Assembly: GCA_964612925.1 (NCBI GenBank)
Contig: CAZTFU010000002.1
Coordinates: forward strand, 42,196-106,195
DNA length: 64,000 bases
Reading direction: 5' to 3'
From: an uncultured Clostridium sp.
Lineage (GTDB): Bacteria > Bacillota > Clostridia > Christensenellales > CAG-138
This document shows positions 34,721 to 43,946 of the stretch, piece by piece. Within the stretch, counting starts at the first letter, position 1; every line of letters starts with the position of its first letter. Under the pieces are notes generated by a model. It was not told the origin of the DNA and did no database searches. It was given only the letters and a program-made list of their open reading frames with translations. The translations under genes were made by a program, and so were the position numbers.

Positions 34721-36073
34721 ATGACCAACGATCTTACTGTCGGAAAAAGCGAAAGAGTGCTTTGGCGGTTTTGTTTGCCGCTTTTCGGTAGCATTATATT
34801 TCAACAGTTGTATAATATTGCGGACAGCCTTGTTGCGGGCAAGTTTATCGGGGAAAATGCGCTTGCCGCCGTTGGCAACAGCTATGAAATAACACTCATT
34901 TTTATCGCTTTTGCTTTTGGTTGCAATATAGGCGGGTCGGTTATCACGGCTCAGCTTTTCGGGGCAAAACGTTTTGCGGATATGAAAACGGCCGTAAGCA
35001 CAACCTTTTTGGCAAGCGGTGTTTTGTGTGCTGTACTTATGGCCGTGGGTCTGCCGCTGTGCAATGAACTGCTTGCGCTTATAAATACTCCAATGGAGGT
35101 CATGGAAGATTCCGCACTGTATCTTCGAATATATATTTACGGCCTGCCGTTTGTATTTTTCTATAATGTGGCCACGGGTATATTCTCGGCACTTGGGGAT
35201 TCAAAAACTCCGTTTTATTTCCTTGCCGCTTCATCGCTCAGCAATATCGGAGCGGATATCCTTTTTGTAACCGAGTTCAATATGGGCGTTGCGGGCGTTG
35301 CGTGGGCAACGTTTATTTGCCAAGGCGTAAGTTGCGTGCTATCACTGTTGTTTGTCTTTTTGAAGCTTAAAAAGGTAGAATCCGAGCATAGTTCGCGCCT
35401 GTTCTCGGCAAAGCTGTTAAAGCAAATTGCCAAGATTGCAATACCGAGCGTTTTGCAACAGAGCTTTATTTCCGTTGGCAACATAATCATACAGGGCGTT
35501 ATAAATTCATTCGGCACGGCGGTAATGGCAGGCTATTCTTCGGGAGTCAAGCTTAATAATCTCGTTGTGACCTCATTTACAACGTTGGGCAACGGTGTGT
35601 CCAATTTCACCGCACAAAACATAGGTGCGGCAAAGCCCGAACGAGTAAAGAGCGGCTATTGGGCAGGAACAAAGATGGTATGGATGCTGTCCGTTCCGCT
35701 GACATTACTGTATTTTCTTCTTGGCGATAAGCTGTCGCTACTCTTCCTTGAACAGCCCACCGAGCTTGCGCTTCAAACCTCGGTAACATATCTTCGCATT
35801 CTTTCGCCGTTCTATGCAGTGGTATCGGCAAAGCTTGTTGCGGATGGCGTACTCAGGGGCAGCGGGCGAATGAAGCAGTTTATGGCCTCAACTTTCACCG
35901 ACCTTCTTCTAAGGGTTGTGCTTGCGGCGATGCTTTCTTCAACATCGCTTGGCTCAACAGGTATATGGGTTGCATGGCCAATAGGCTGGTGTACGGCAAC
36001 GGTACTGTCTGTGCTGTTTTGCAAAAAGAGTATTGAGCAGGGCATGAGCAACAATGCGGAACACACGGCCTAA
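34721..36073 (+). CDS. MATE-family efflux transporter
   Basis: 12-TM profile. N-terminal LWRFCLPLFGSIIFQQLYNIADSLVAGKF is typical of MATE. The ATG at 34721 follows GAAGGA; track ORF starts at 34673. Confidence 0.88.
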   Translation: MTNDLTVGKSERVLWRFCLPLFGSIIFQQLYNIADSLVAGKFIGENALAAVGNSYEITLIFIAFAFGCNIGGSVITAQLFGAKRFADMKTAVSTTFLASGVLCAVLMAVGLPLCNELLALINTPMEVMEDSALYLRIYIYGLPFVFFYNVATGIFSALGDSKTPFYFLAASSLSNIGADILFVTEFNMGVAGVAWATFICQGVSCVLSLLFVFLKLKKVESEHSSRLFSAKLLKQIAKIAIPSVLQQSFISVGNIIIQGVINSFGTAVMAGYSSGVKLNNLVVTSFTTLGNGVSNFTAQNIGAAKPERVKSGYWAGTKMVWMLSVPLTLLYFLLGDKLSLLFLEQPTELALQTSVTYLRILSPFYAVVSAKLVADGVLRGSGRMKQFMASTFTDLLLRVVLAAMLSSTSLGSTGIWVAWPIGWCTATVLSVLFCKKSIEQGMSNNAEHTA

Positions 36074-36088
36074 CGTACCTACATTCGT

Positions 36089-36117
36089 TTGACTTGCGCA
36101 GGAATCGCGGATATAAT
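36089..36117 (+). promoter_or_regulatory. near-consensus sigma-A promoter upstream of the TetR-family gene
   Basis: TTGACT (36089-36094), 17-nt spacer, TATAAT (36112-36117). Confidence 0.6.
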
Positions 36118-36172
36118 AAAAAGCAACCGTTGTTATATCAATGAAAACGAACGATAACGAAGGAGACGTATC

Positions 36173-36748
36173 ATGCCGCCAAGTTTCTTGTTCAAGCGAG
36201 AAGAAGTGGTATCTGCCGCAATAAACGTAATAAGGAAAAACGGCGCCGACGGCCTTACGGCAAGGTCGCTTGCGGCTGAACTTGGCTGTTCGGTAAAGCC
36301 GATATTCGGTCTATTCAAAAACATGGAGGAAGTTCGGTTTGAGTGTATAAAGGCTGCCGATAAAATTTATATTGACAGCATTAACAAGGCCGCATTAACG
36401 AACGACAAACCATATAAGGCCATGGGCATGGCGTATATACGTTTTGCAAAGGAAGAAAAAGAGCTTTTTAAGCTGCTTTTTATGCGAGACCGATCGGCCG
36501 AAAAGATTAACACCGCCGAGGATGAAGAAAGGGCCGCTGAGTATGTGCGTATGATATCCTCCGCAACAGGATTAAATGAACAGGATGCTTATTTATTGCA
36601 CATAGAATTGTGGGTATACGTTCACGGTGTTGCAACAATGCTTGCAACGGATTACCTTGATTGGGACAGCCAATTTATAAGCAATTCACTCACGGATTGC
36701 TATACAGGTCTTTTACATAGGTTCAAAAGCAGAAATACGGAGCAATAG
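36173..36748 (+). CDS. TetR/AcrR-family transcriptional regulator
   Basis: N-terminal HTH AAINVIRKNGADGLTARSLAAELGCSVKPIFGLFKNMEE and a helical C-terminal domain. GAAGGAG RBS. Confidence 0.85.
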   Translation: MPPSFLFKREEVVSAAINVIRKNGADGLTARSLAAELGCSVKPIFGLFKNMEEVRFECIKAADKIYIDSINKAALTNDKPYKAMGMAYIRFAKEEKELFKLLFMRDRSAEKINTAEDEERAAEYVRMISSATGLNEQDAYLLHIELWVYVHGVATMLATDYLDWDSQFISNSLTDCYTGLLHRFKSRNTEQ

Positions 36749-36785
36749 AATCTTTTTATAATAACAAGCACAGGAGAAACAAAAG

Positions 36786-37505
36786 ATGAAGATCATTAAG
36801 GCAAAAAATTACGATGAATTAAGCAGTCTTGCGGCCGATATGCTGCTTGAGCAGATAGCGCATAAGCCATGCTCCGTGCTTGGCTTGGCCACGGGCAGTA
36901 CACCCATAGGAACCTATAATAAGCTTGTGCAGTATTATGAAGAGGGCAAGGTATCCTTTAGCGATGTAAAAACCATAAATCTTGATGAGTATTGCGGTCT
37001 TTGCGAAAATCATGAGCAAAGCTATCGTTTTTTTATGAACGCGCACCTATTTGACAGGATAGACATAAAGAAGGAAAACACATTCGTACCAAACGGCCTT
37101 GCGGAGGATGTTTCTTATGAATGTCGGCGCTATGATGAAATATATGACAGTATTGGCCCTGCGGACATACAGCTTCTCGGCATAGGCGTAAACGGGCATA
37201 TCGGCTTTAACGAGCCTGATTCCTGCCTTATTGCGCCAACGCATTGCGTTACCCTGACCGAAAGCACACGCATAGCCAACAGCCGCAACTTTACCTCACT
37301 TGATGAAGTTCCGCATAAGGCCATAACGCTTGGCTTAGCGGGCATAATGAAGGCGAAAAAAGTACTTCTGCTTGCCTCGGGTAAATCAAAGCTTGATGCT
37401 ATCCAAAAAACCGTTTACAGAAGAGTTGATCCTCATGTGCCTGCGAGCTTTTTGCAGCTGCATGACGATGTTACCGTGATATGCGATTTTGATATTAATG
37501 AATAG
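36786..37505 (+). CDS. nagB: glucosamine-6-phosphate deaminase
   Basis: LGLATGSTP, NLDEY, GIGVNGHIGFNEP motifs. 239 aa. Confidence 0.92.
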   Translation: MKIIKAKNYDELSSLAADMLLEQIAHKPCSVLGLATGSTPIGTYNKLVQYYEEGKVSFSDVKTINLDEYCGLCENHEQSYRFFMNAHLFDRIDIKKENTFVPNGLAEDVSYECRRYDEIYDSIGPADIQLLGIGVNGHIGFNEPDSCLIAPTHCVTLTESTRIANSRNFTSLDEVPHKAITLGLAGIMKAKKVLLLASGKSKLDAIQKTVYRRVDPHVPASFLQLHDDVTVICDFDINE

Positions 37506-37527
37506 TTCCGTAAGAATGTCTATCAAA

Positions 37528-37567
37528 CAAGGCAAAGCAGTCAAAATGGAAGCTTCGCCTTGTTTTT
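37528..37567. terminator. terminator between convergent nagB (+) and the deacetylase gene (-)
   Basis: CAAGGCAAAGC (37528-37538) pairs with GCTTCGCCTTG (37552-37562) at 10 of 11 bp, followed by TTTTT. Confidence 0.65.
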
Positions 37568-37619
37568 CGTCCTTGTAGAAAATCCGTTTTGTATTATTTA
37601 CGTTATATACAGTAAGAAA

Positions 37620-38438
37620 TCAAGCACTCTTTTGCTTTTGAACGCCGTTGACATCTATTATGGTTTCTCCGTCAAGCAGCAGTTCGCTTACCGTTACGAA
37701 CTCATAGCCAAGCTCCTGCGCCGTTTTGATCAACGTGGGCAGATATTCTTTTATTTTGTAGCCGTTATTGTGGCAAAGTATTATGCAGCCGGGATGCAGT
37801 TTGGGAATAACGGTATCAAGTATGGTCTGCGCGCTGCGTTCCTCCTTCCAGTCTATGGTATCAATATCCCATTGTATCACCTCATAACCAAGTGAACGCA
37901 TTGTAGTTATAACGGTATCGTTGTATTCACCGAACGGAGCACGGAAAAGCTTGCTCCGTTGGCCTGTCAGCTTTTCGATTGTATCATCGTAATCAACGGT
38001 TTCCTTTTTCATTTGTTCTTTGGATATGCCGTTCATGTGCGGATGCGTAGCCGAATGGTTGCCGATTTCGTGACCCGCTTCGGCTATAAGTTTAACATCA
38101 TCAGGATATTTTTCAGTCCAATACCCGCAAAGAAAAAACGTTGCTTTTACGCCGTATTCTTCAAATGTATCAAGAATGAATTGAGTTTTGTCATCCTCCC
38201 ATGCCGCATCAACGGTTATGGCTATTTTCATATCGCTACGTTCAACGCTGTACACGGGCAGTTCCTTCTTTTTGCCGGCAAGCACCTCAAGCTCGTATTC
38301 CTCCGTTTGTAACATAGCTGATGTGGGTGAAACCGCGCCCTGCGAAAATGACAGGACAATTATTACCGCCGCTGTAACGGCGGCAATGATTATTGCTGCT
38401 ATAATAAGCATCTTTTTTGTTATGACGAATATCTTCAT
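37620..38438 (-). CDS. polysaccharide deacetylase (NodB homology domain), membrane-anchored
   Basis: N-terminal anchor MLIIAAIIIAAVTAAVIIV, then ITVDAAWEDD, GNHSATHPH, RAPFGEYN, ILCHNNG. The ATG at 38438 follows GGAGGAAAG; track ORF starts at 38480. Confidence 0.85.
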   Translation of the reverse strand: MKIFVITKKMLIIAAIIIAAVTAAVIIVLSFSQGAVSPTSAMLQTEEYELEVLAGKKKELPVYSVERSDMKIAITVDAAWEDDKTQFILDTFEEYGVKATFFLCGYWTEKYPDDVKLIAEAGHEIGNHSATHPHMNGISKEQMKKETVDYDDTIEKLTGQRSKLFRAPFGEYNDTVITTMRSLGYEVIQWDIDTIDWKEERSAQTILDTVIPKLHPGCIILCHNNGYKIKEYLPTLIKTAQELGYEFVTVSELLLDGETIIDVNGVQKQKSA

Positions 38439-38670
38439 AAGCTTTCCTCCGCTAAACTGATTATGTCTATGCTTATGCACCGAAAAAGCAAAGCTTTCAT
38501 AATATAATAATTACAATGCATTTTGAAATTATAAAAGCATGGTTTTATGGAGCACACAAAATAGCAATGCTTGTGCCAAATACAAGGCGTAAGGGTAGAG
38601 CCACAACGGATCTCATTAGACTATTTTGTCTTGGACGGCCTTGAGGTATTGCTCGATTTTCCTTACTTCA

Positions 38671-38699
38671 TTGCCATAATATTGAGCATATGGTAGAAT
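38671..38699 (+). promoter_or_regulatory. putative sigma-A promoter for recD2-comFC
   Basis: TTGCCA (38671-38676), 17-nt spacer, TGgTAGAAT (38691-38699). Confidence 0.5.
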
Positions 38700-38728
38700 A
38701 AACTTGGCACATAGGGAGGCTGTTTACC

Positions 38729-40966
38729 TTGGATACATTTGTCGGTACGGTAAAAAGCATAATATATAAAAACGCGGAAAACGGTTATACGGTGCTGGAA
38801 GCCGTTGATGATAGCGGTGACGAGCGCACTGTTGTTGGTTCTCTTCCGCTTATTGTTGTGGGCGAAAAGGCCGAATTTGGCGGAGAATGGACGGAGCATC
38901 CCACATATGGCACTCAGTTCAGGGCCCGCACAAGCAAAACCTTGGCACCGGCGACATTGGGGGCGCTTATAAACTATCTTGGCAGTGGGCTTATTAAGGG
39001 TGTCGGCGCTTCAACAGCGCGAGATATTGTTGCAATGTTTGGCTCCGATACGCTCAATGTGCTTGAAAATGAGCCGGAAAGGCTGCGTGAAGTGCCGGGA
39101 ATAGGCCGCATAAGGGCTTCTAAAATAGCGCAATCATTCGCAATGCAAAGGGGAATGCGCGAGGTTATGCTTTCCCTGCAGGAATTCGGCATAACGGTTG
39201 CGCAAAGCATGAAACTGTATAATACATACGGCGATCTTTGCATAGCAAAGCTTAAAGAGAATCCATACAGATTGATAGATGATATTGAAGGTATTGGCTT
39301 TATAACAGCGGATAAGCTTGCCGCAAAGGCAGGGTTCGAGGCGGATTCTCCGTTCAGAATAAAGGCAGGACTAAAATATACGCTGCAATGGGCAAGGCAG
39401 GAGGGGCATACCTATCTGCCGCGAGAAAAGTTGCTTGAAGTTGCCACGGGCATTCTCAATACAGACTTGCTTCCGACCGAAACAATGCTTGACGAGCTTA
39501 TAATATCTCAGGATGTTGTATATAAGCTTATTGACGGTACGGATGCCATTTTCTTACCGGGAATGTACAGCGCGGAAAGCGAATGCGCAAGGCGCATTGC
39601 AAGCATTGCTTCGCGCGGGGGAGCTCAGCTTCTGTTCGGCACAAAAGCGCAAATCGATTCGCTTGAAAAGGAATTCAAAATACCGCTTGCACCGCAGCAG
39701 CGCAGAGCGGTGGAAACTGCACTTAAAAGCGGTGCGACAGTAATAACGGGCGGACCGGGCACAGGAAAAACTACCATATTAAAATTTATAATTCGCCTTG
39801 TCGAACGAATGGGGCTTGATTATGAACTGTGTGCGCCAACGGGTCGCGCCGCAAAGCGCATGAGCGAGGCTACGGGCACGCAAGCACGCACGATACATCG
39901 TATGCTCGGTTACGGCGTAGGCGGGGACAGGTTTTTGCACGATGAAGACAATCCGCTGTTGACGGATGTTGTAATCGTTGATGAAATGTCCATGGTTGAC
40001 GTGTTGCTTATGCGTTCGCTGCTCAGGGCCATTCCAAGCGGGGCTCACCTTATAATGGTAGGCGATGCCGATCAGCTACCGCCCGTGGGGCCGGGCAACG
40101 TACTAAGGGATATCATATCAAGCGATATGGTGCCGGTTATACGCCTAAGCGATATTTTCCGCCAAGCCGAACGCGGTATGATAGTTGAAAACGCACATCG
40201 CATAAACAACGGCAAGGATCCCGAACTTTATTCGGATACGGATGACTTCAAATTTGAAGAAATATCGGGTGCGGAACAGATTGTGCGCCGCGTAATAGCA
40301 CTGTATTCGGGAAAAACAAACAAGCTGATGACAAGCGAACCCGCAATGGATGTGCAGGTGCTTGTTCCGATGAAAAAAGGGGCACTCGGTACGGTAAATC
40401 TTAACACACGCCTTCAGGCGGCAATGAACCCGCCATCCCCGTACAAAAAGGAGCGCAAGCAGGGTGACATGATATTGCGCGAAGGCGACAAGGTCATGCA
40501 GATAAAGAACGATTACAAAATACCGTGGAAGCGCACGGCATCGGGCGAGGAGGGCAGCGGAGTATTCAACGGCGATCTTGGTACAATAGAGCGGATAGAT
40601 CTTTCCGAACAGGAGGTAACCGTGCTTTTTGATGATGAACGTGCCGCCGCTTATGATTATTCCATGCTTGATGAACTAAACCTTGCCTATGCATCAACGG
40701 TTCATAAGAGTCAGGGCAGCGAATACCCCATTATAATAATGCCGCTTGCAGGCGGCGCACCGCAGCTTATGACAAGAAACTTACTCTACACTGCGGTCAC
40801 AAGGGCAAGAGAACAGGTATTTATACTCGGCAGCAGCAAATGCGTTTACGATATGGTTAACAACAACCAAATCCGCCGCAGATACAGCGCGTTAAAATGC
40901 ATGCTGGAGGAACTTAATTCTATCTCATTAAGGTTTGATGGTGAAGAAGATGGGGCGAATACTTGA
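38729..40966 (+). CDS. recD2: RecD2-type SF1B ATP-dependent DNA helicase
   Basis: TTG start after an AGGGAGG RBS. N-terminal OB/HhH region; Walker A ITGGPGTGKTT, VVIVDEMSMVD, GDADQLPPVGPG, C-terminal YASTVHKSQGSEY. Confidence 0.9.
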   Translation: MDTFVGTVKSIIYKNAENGYTVLEAVDDSGDERTVVGSLPLIVVGEKAEFGGEWTEHPTYGTQFRARTSKTLAPATLGALINYLGSGLIKGVGASTARDIVAMFGSDTLNVLENEPERLREVPGIGRIRASKIAQSFAMQRGMREVMLSLQEFGITVAQSMKLYNTYGDLCIAKLKENPYRLIDDIEGIGFITADKLAAKAGFEADSPFRIKAGLKYTLQWARQEGHTYLPREKLLEVATGILNTDLLPTETMLDELIISQDVVYKLIDGTDAIFLPGMYSAESECARRIASIASRGGAQLLFGTKAQIDSLEKEFKIPLAPQQRRAVETALKSGATVITGGPGTGKTTILKFIIRLVERMGLDYELCAPTGRAAKRMSEATGTQARTIHRMLGYGVGGDRFLHDEDNPLLTDVVIVDEMSMVDVLLMRSLLRAIPSGAHLIMVGDADQLPPVGPGNVLRDIISSDMVPVIRLSDIFRQAERGMIVENAHRINNGKDPELYSDTDDFKFEEISGAEQIVRRVIALYSGKTNKLMTSEPAMDVQVLVPMKKGALGTVNLNTRLQAAMNPPSPYKKERKQGDMILREGDKVMQIKNDYKIPWKRTASGEEGSGVFNGDLGTIERIDLSEQEVTVLFDDERAAAYDYSMLDELNLAYASTVHKSQGSEYPIIIMPLAGGAPQLMTRNLLYTAVTRAREQVFILGSSKCVYDMVNNNQIRRRYSALKCMLEELNSISLRFDGEEDGANT

Positions 40967-41609
40967 GGCACTGCTTGATGCGATATACCCCAATGACCTT
41001 GTTTGCGCCATATGCTCTCAGGAAGCACATGTTGACGAACACGGGCTGTGTGACGATTGCGCTTTACAGCTTGAATATGTAAAACAAACGGATAAGCAGG
41101 AGTATATAGATGACATATACTGTGCCGTATATTATACAAATCATATCGCAGGTGCAGTACATAACTTCAAGTTTAATGATGCGCGCTACCTTTGCCGCGC
41201 CTTAGCATCGCTTATCGATCTTCCGAACGAGTGGGAAGCGGACTGCATTGTACCGATACCTTTGCACAAGGCAAGAAGGCGTAAACGCGGCTATAACCAA
41301 AGTACACTTATTGCCGAAGAACTGTGCAAAAGATACGATGTTGCCATTGATGAATCGCTCGTTGAACGCATTTCGAATACAAAAAGTCAACGTACATTGG
41401 GTCAAGCACAACGCGCCGAAAACATTATCGGAGCGTTTTCGGTCACGGGTGATGTTAAGGATAAAAAGATTTTGCTCATAGATGACGTATTTACTACCGG
41501 CGCAACAATGAACGAATGCGCCAGAGTGTTAAAATGCGCAGGCGCAAGCAAAGTATATGCCGCCGCGGTGTGCATGGCAAAGAAGCCCGACGATAATAAA
41601 ATCCAATAA
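40938..41609 (+). CDS. comFC: ComF-family protein (ComFC; phosphoribosyltransferase fold with N-terminal zinc finger)
   Basis: CAICSQE...CDDC zinc finger, PRTase motif ILLIDDVFTTGATMNE. Overlaps the recD2 3' end. Start uncertain (40935 TTG / 40938 ATG / 40950 ATG). Confidence 0.85.
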   Translation: MVKKMGRILEALLDAIYPNDLVCAICSQEAHVDEHGLCDDCALQLEYVKQTDKQEYIDDIYCAVYYTNHIAGAVHNFKFNDARYLCRALASLIDLPNEWEADCIVPIPLHKARRRKRGYNQSTLIAEELCKRYDVAIDESLVERISNTKSQRTLGQAQRAENIIGAFSVTGDVKDKKILLIDDVFTTGATMNECARVLKCAGASKVYAAAVCMAKKPDDNKIQ

Positions 41610-41670
41610 CCATGTATTATCCCTCAAACACGTTCATAAGCTTTAGCAAAGCTTTTGTTGGGGGGATAGC

Positions 41671-41967
41671 ATGTACACATATATTGAAGAACGTGTATTG
41701 AATGTAGCCGAATACATAGTTGAACACGAAGCTACCGTAAGGGCCGCCGCAAGCAGATTCGGCATAAGCAAGTCAACCGTGCATCATGATATGCAGGTTC
41801 GTTTGAAAAACATAGATGCCGATATGGCGGATAAGGTACGCGCAATACTCGAGAAGAATAAAAGCGAACGCCATATTCGCGGCGGAATGGCAACATACAT
41901 AAAATATAAAGGTAAGCCCATACAGAATAATACAACGGGTAGAAAAACCAAGCCTATAGTGCTGTAA
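41671..41967 (+). CDS. spoIIID: sporulation transcriptional regulator SpoIIID
   Basis: IEERVLNVAEYIVEHEATVRAAASRFGISKSTVHHDM...RHIRGGMAT. HTH and basic C-terminal region as in SpoIIID; 98 aa. Confidence 0.9.
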   Translation: MYTYIEERVLNVAEYIVEHEATVRAAASRFGISKSTVHHDMQVRLKNIDADMADKVRAILEKNKSERHIRGGMATYIKYKGKPIQNNTTGRKTKPIVL

Positions 41968-42006
41968 GTATTGCTAAATGCGGTGCAATAAAGTATACTG
42001 TCGCAC

Positions 42007-42720
42007 ATGGAAGAGAGATTTGTACGAACACAGGCTTTAATAGGCGATGATGGGCTGACGCGGCTGAAAAACGCCAACGTGATCCTCTTTGGCGTAGGCG
42101 GGGTAGGTTCTTATGCGGCAGAAGCGCTTATAAGGAGCGGCATAGGTTCAATAACACTTGTTGACGGTGATACCGTTGCCGTAAGCAATATAAACCGTCA
42201 GCTTATAGCACTTGATTCAACCGTCGGCATTCCCAAGGTCGAAGTGATGGCCTCAAGGGGCAGAGACATTAATCCGCACTGTAAAATAACCGCGCTTAAT
42301 TGCTTTTATGATGCTTCTAGCGCAAAGACGATAGAGTTTGAAGCCTATGATTACGTTATTGATGCAATAGACACGGTTTCTTCAAAGCTGCTTATAATCG
42401 AATCCGCCGTACAAGCGGGGACAGGAATAATAAGCTGTATGGGAACGGGCAATAAGCTTGACCCTACATTGTTTGAGGTTACGGACATTTATAAAACATC
42501 CGTCTGTCCGCTTGCCCGCGTTATGCGAAAGGAGCTGAAAAAGCGCGGAATAGATCGGCTGAAAGTGGTCTATTCAAAAGAAGTGCCCACAGCGCCGCAT
42601 TTTAACGAAGGAGAAGCCGATACACGTAGAAGATCAACACCCGGCAGTATATCGTTTGTACCCGGCGCAGCAGGTCTTATACTGGCAGGAGAGGTAATAA
42701 AAGACATCGCTTTTAATTGA
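42007..42720 (+). CDS. tcdA: tRNA threonylcarbamoyladenosine dehydratase (ThiF/E1-like)
   Basis: ILFGVGGVGSYAAEALIRSGIGSITLVDGDTVAVSNINRQ nucleotide-binding motif. 237 aa. Confidence 0.85.
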   Translation: MEERFVRTQALIGDDGLTRLKNANVILFGVGGVGSYAAEALIRSGIGSITLVDGDTVAVSNINRQLIALDSTVGIPKVEVMASRGRDINPHCKITALNCFYDASSAKTIEFEAYDYVIDAIDTVSSKLLIIESAVQAGTGIISCMGTGNKLDPTLFEVTDIYKTSVCPLARVMRKELKKRGIDRLKVVYSKEVPTAPHFNEGEADTRRRSTPGSISFVPGAAGLILAGEVIKDIAFN

Positions 42721-42787
42721 TATCGCGGAATAACATCAACTTTGCGGGGCAACCATAAGAGCATAACGTTTTAAGTGAGGTGCTCAT

Positions 42788-43561
42788 ATGGCGATCAACA
42801 AGGTTGATATCTGCGGACTTGATACTTCAAGACTTCCGCGACTGACTCAATCACAGAGCAAGGAGCTTCTTGTGCGCATAAAGAACGGCGACAATGCTGC
42901 AAGGGATGAGTTTATAAACGCCAATTTACGGCTTGTATTAAGCATAATTCAGCGATTCTCGGGCCGTGGCGAACAGATGGATGACCTTTTTCAGGTCGGT
43001 TGCATCGGTCTTATTAAGGCAATAGATAATTTTGATATAAGCATGGACGTTAGGTTTTCCACCTACGCCGTGCCCATGATAATAGGTGAACTAAGGCGCT
43101 ATTTGCGTGACAACACCGCACTTAGGGTCAGCCGTTCGATAAGAGATACGGCATATAAGGCATTAAAAAAACGTGCGGAGCTTATGGATCGGCTTTCGCG
43201 CGAACCAAAGCTTGACGAAATAGCAAAGGAACTTGAACTGAAGGAAGAAGATGTAGCATTTGCCTTAGAGGCGATACAGGATCCCGTATCGCTATACGAA
43301 CCCGTATATCATGATGACGGAGATGCCATATTTGTTATGGATCAGATTAAGGATGATAAGGATTGCGACGATAAGTGGCTTGATTCAATAGCGATAAGCA
43401 ACGGACTTGACAGTCTTGCCGAACGTGAAAGAAAGATAATCGAACTTAGATTTTTCCACGGACGAACGCAAATGGAAGTTGCCGATGAAATAGGTATAAG
43501 TCAAGCGCAGGTATCAAGGCTTGAAAAAAACGCGCTTAAAAGCATGAGAAAATACATATAA
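42788..43561 (+). CDS. sigG: forespore sporulation sigma factor SigG
   Basis: NKVDICGLDTSRLP...NLRLVLSIIQRFSGRGEQMDDLFQVGCIGLIKAIDNFD...FSTYAVPMIIGELRRYLRDN is near-collinear with my recollection of B. subtilis SigG. GAGGTG RBS. Confidence 0.85.
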   Translation: MAINKVDICGLDTSRLPRLTQSQSKELLVRIKNGDNAARDEFINANLRLVLSIIQRFSGRGEQMDDLFQVGCIGLIKAIDNFDISMDVRFSTYAVPMIIGELRRYLRDNTALRVSRSIRDTAYKALKKRAELMDRLSREPKLDEIAKELELKEEDVAFALEAIQDPVSLYEPVYHDDGDAIFVMDQIKDDKDCDDKWLDSIAISNGLDSLAERERKIIELRFFHGRTQMEVADEIGISQAQVSRLEKNALKSMRKYI

Positions 43562-43571
43562 AATGCCATCG

Positions 43572-43599
43572 TCATATTGCATCGTCGCCCGCATACAAT
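43572..43599 (+). promoter_or_regulatory. candidate sigma-E-type (mother-cell) promoter for yqfC-yqfD
   Basis: TCATATT (43572-43578), 13-nt spacer, CATACAAT (43592-43599). The remembered B. subtilis sigma-E consensus is ZHATAXX-14-CATACAHT. Confidence 0.5.
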
Positions 43600-43620
43600 G
43601 CTGTATGGGGGCGTTTGTTT
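43586..43620 (+). terminator. hairpin after sigG (possible terminator), overlapping the candidate sigma-E -10 element
   Basis: CGCCCGCATAC (43586-43596) pairs with GTATGGGGGCG (43603-43613) at 10 of 11 bp, followed by TTTGTTT. Confidence 0.4.
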
Positions 43621-43911
43621 ATGATTAAGAAAAGGCGTAGAATAAAGCTTGGACGGCGCATAGGCGAGTTTTTGGACATTCCCGAAGAAGCTTTCGGGGA
43701 TACGTTAAAAATATGCATGATAGAAAACGGCTTTGCAAGCGTAGAAAACTATAAGGGGGTATTTGAGTGCGATAAGCAGCTTATAAAGCTGCGCTCGTCA
43801 AGCGGCATTGTTCGAATAGACGGATCTGAGCTCGTGCTCGGAGAGATAAGAAGTGATCGCGCAGTGGTGTTTGGAAAGATAAAATCCGTTTCTTTTGAGG
43901 AGCAATTATAA
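43621..43911 (+). CDS. yqfC: YabP/YqfC-family sporulation protein
   Basis: ~96 aa with the YabP-type pattern (ENYKGVFECDKQLIKLRSSSGIVRIDGSELVLGEI). Sits immediately upstream of yqfD, as in Bacillus. Confidence 0.8.
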   Translation: MIKKRRRIKLGRRIGEFLDIPEEAFGDTLKICMIENGFASVENYKGVFECDKQLIKLRSSSGIVRIDGSELVLGEIRSDRAVVFGKIKSVSFEEQL

Positions 43912-43946
43912 ATTTTTCTAAAATTTTGCGTTAGGAAAGGCAACCT

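Noticed and set aside
41610-41670. Sigma-E promoter upstream of spoIIID
   Set aside because: The best candidate (GTATTAT-14-CATAAGCT) matches only 5 of 7 and 6 of 8 consensus positions, which is not strong enough to report.
42721-42787. Sigma-F or sigma-G promoter upstream of sigG
   Set aside because: GAATA and CATAAGA elements are present but 21 nt apart, against the expected 17-18 nt. A GCATA element sits too close to the start codon. There is no confident match.
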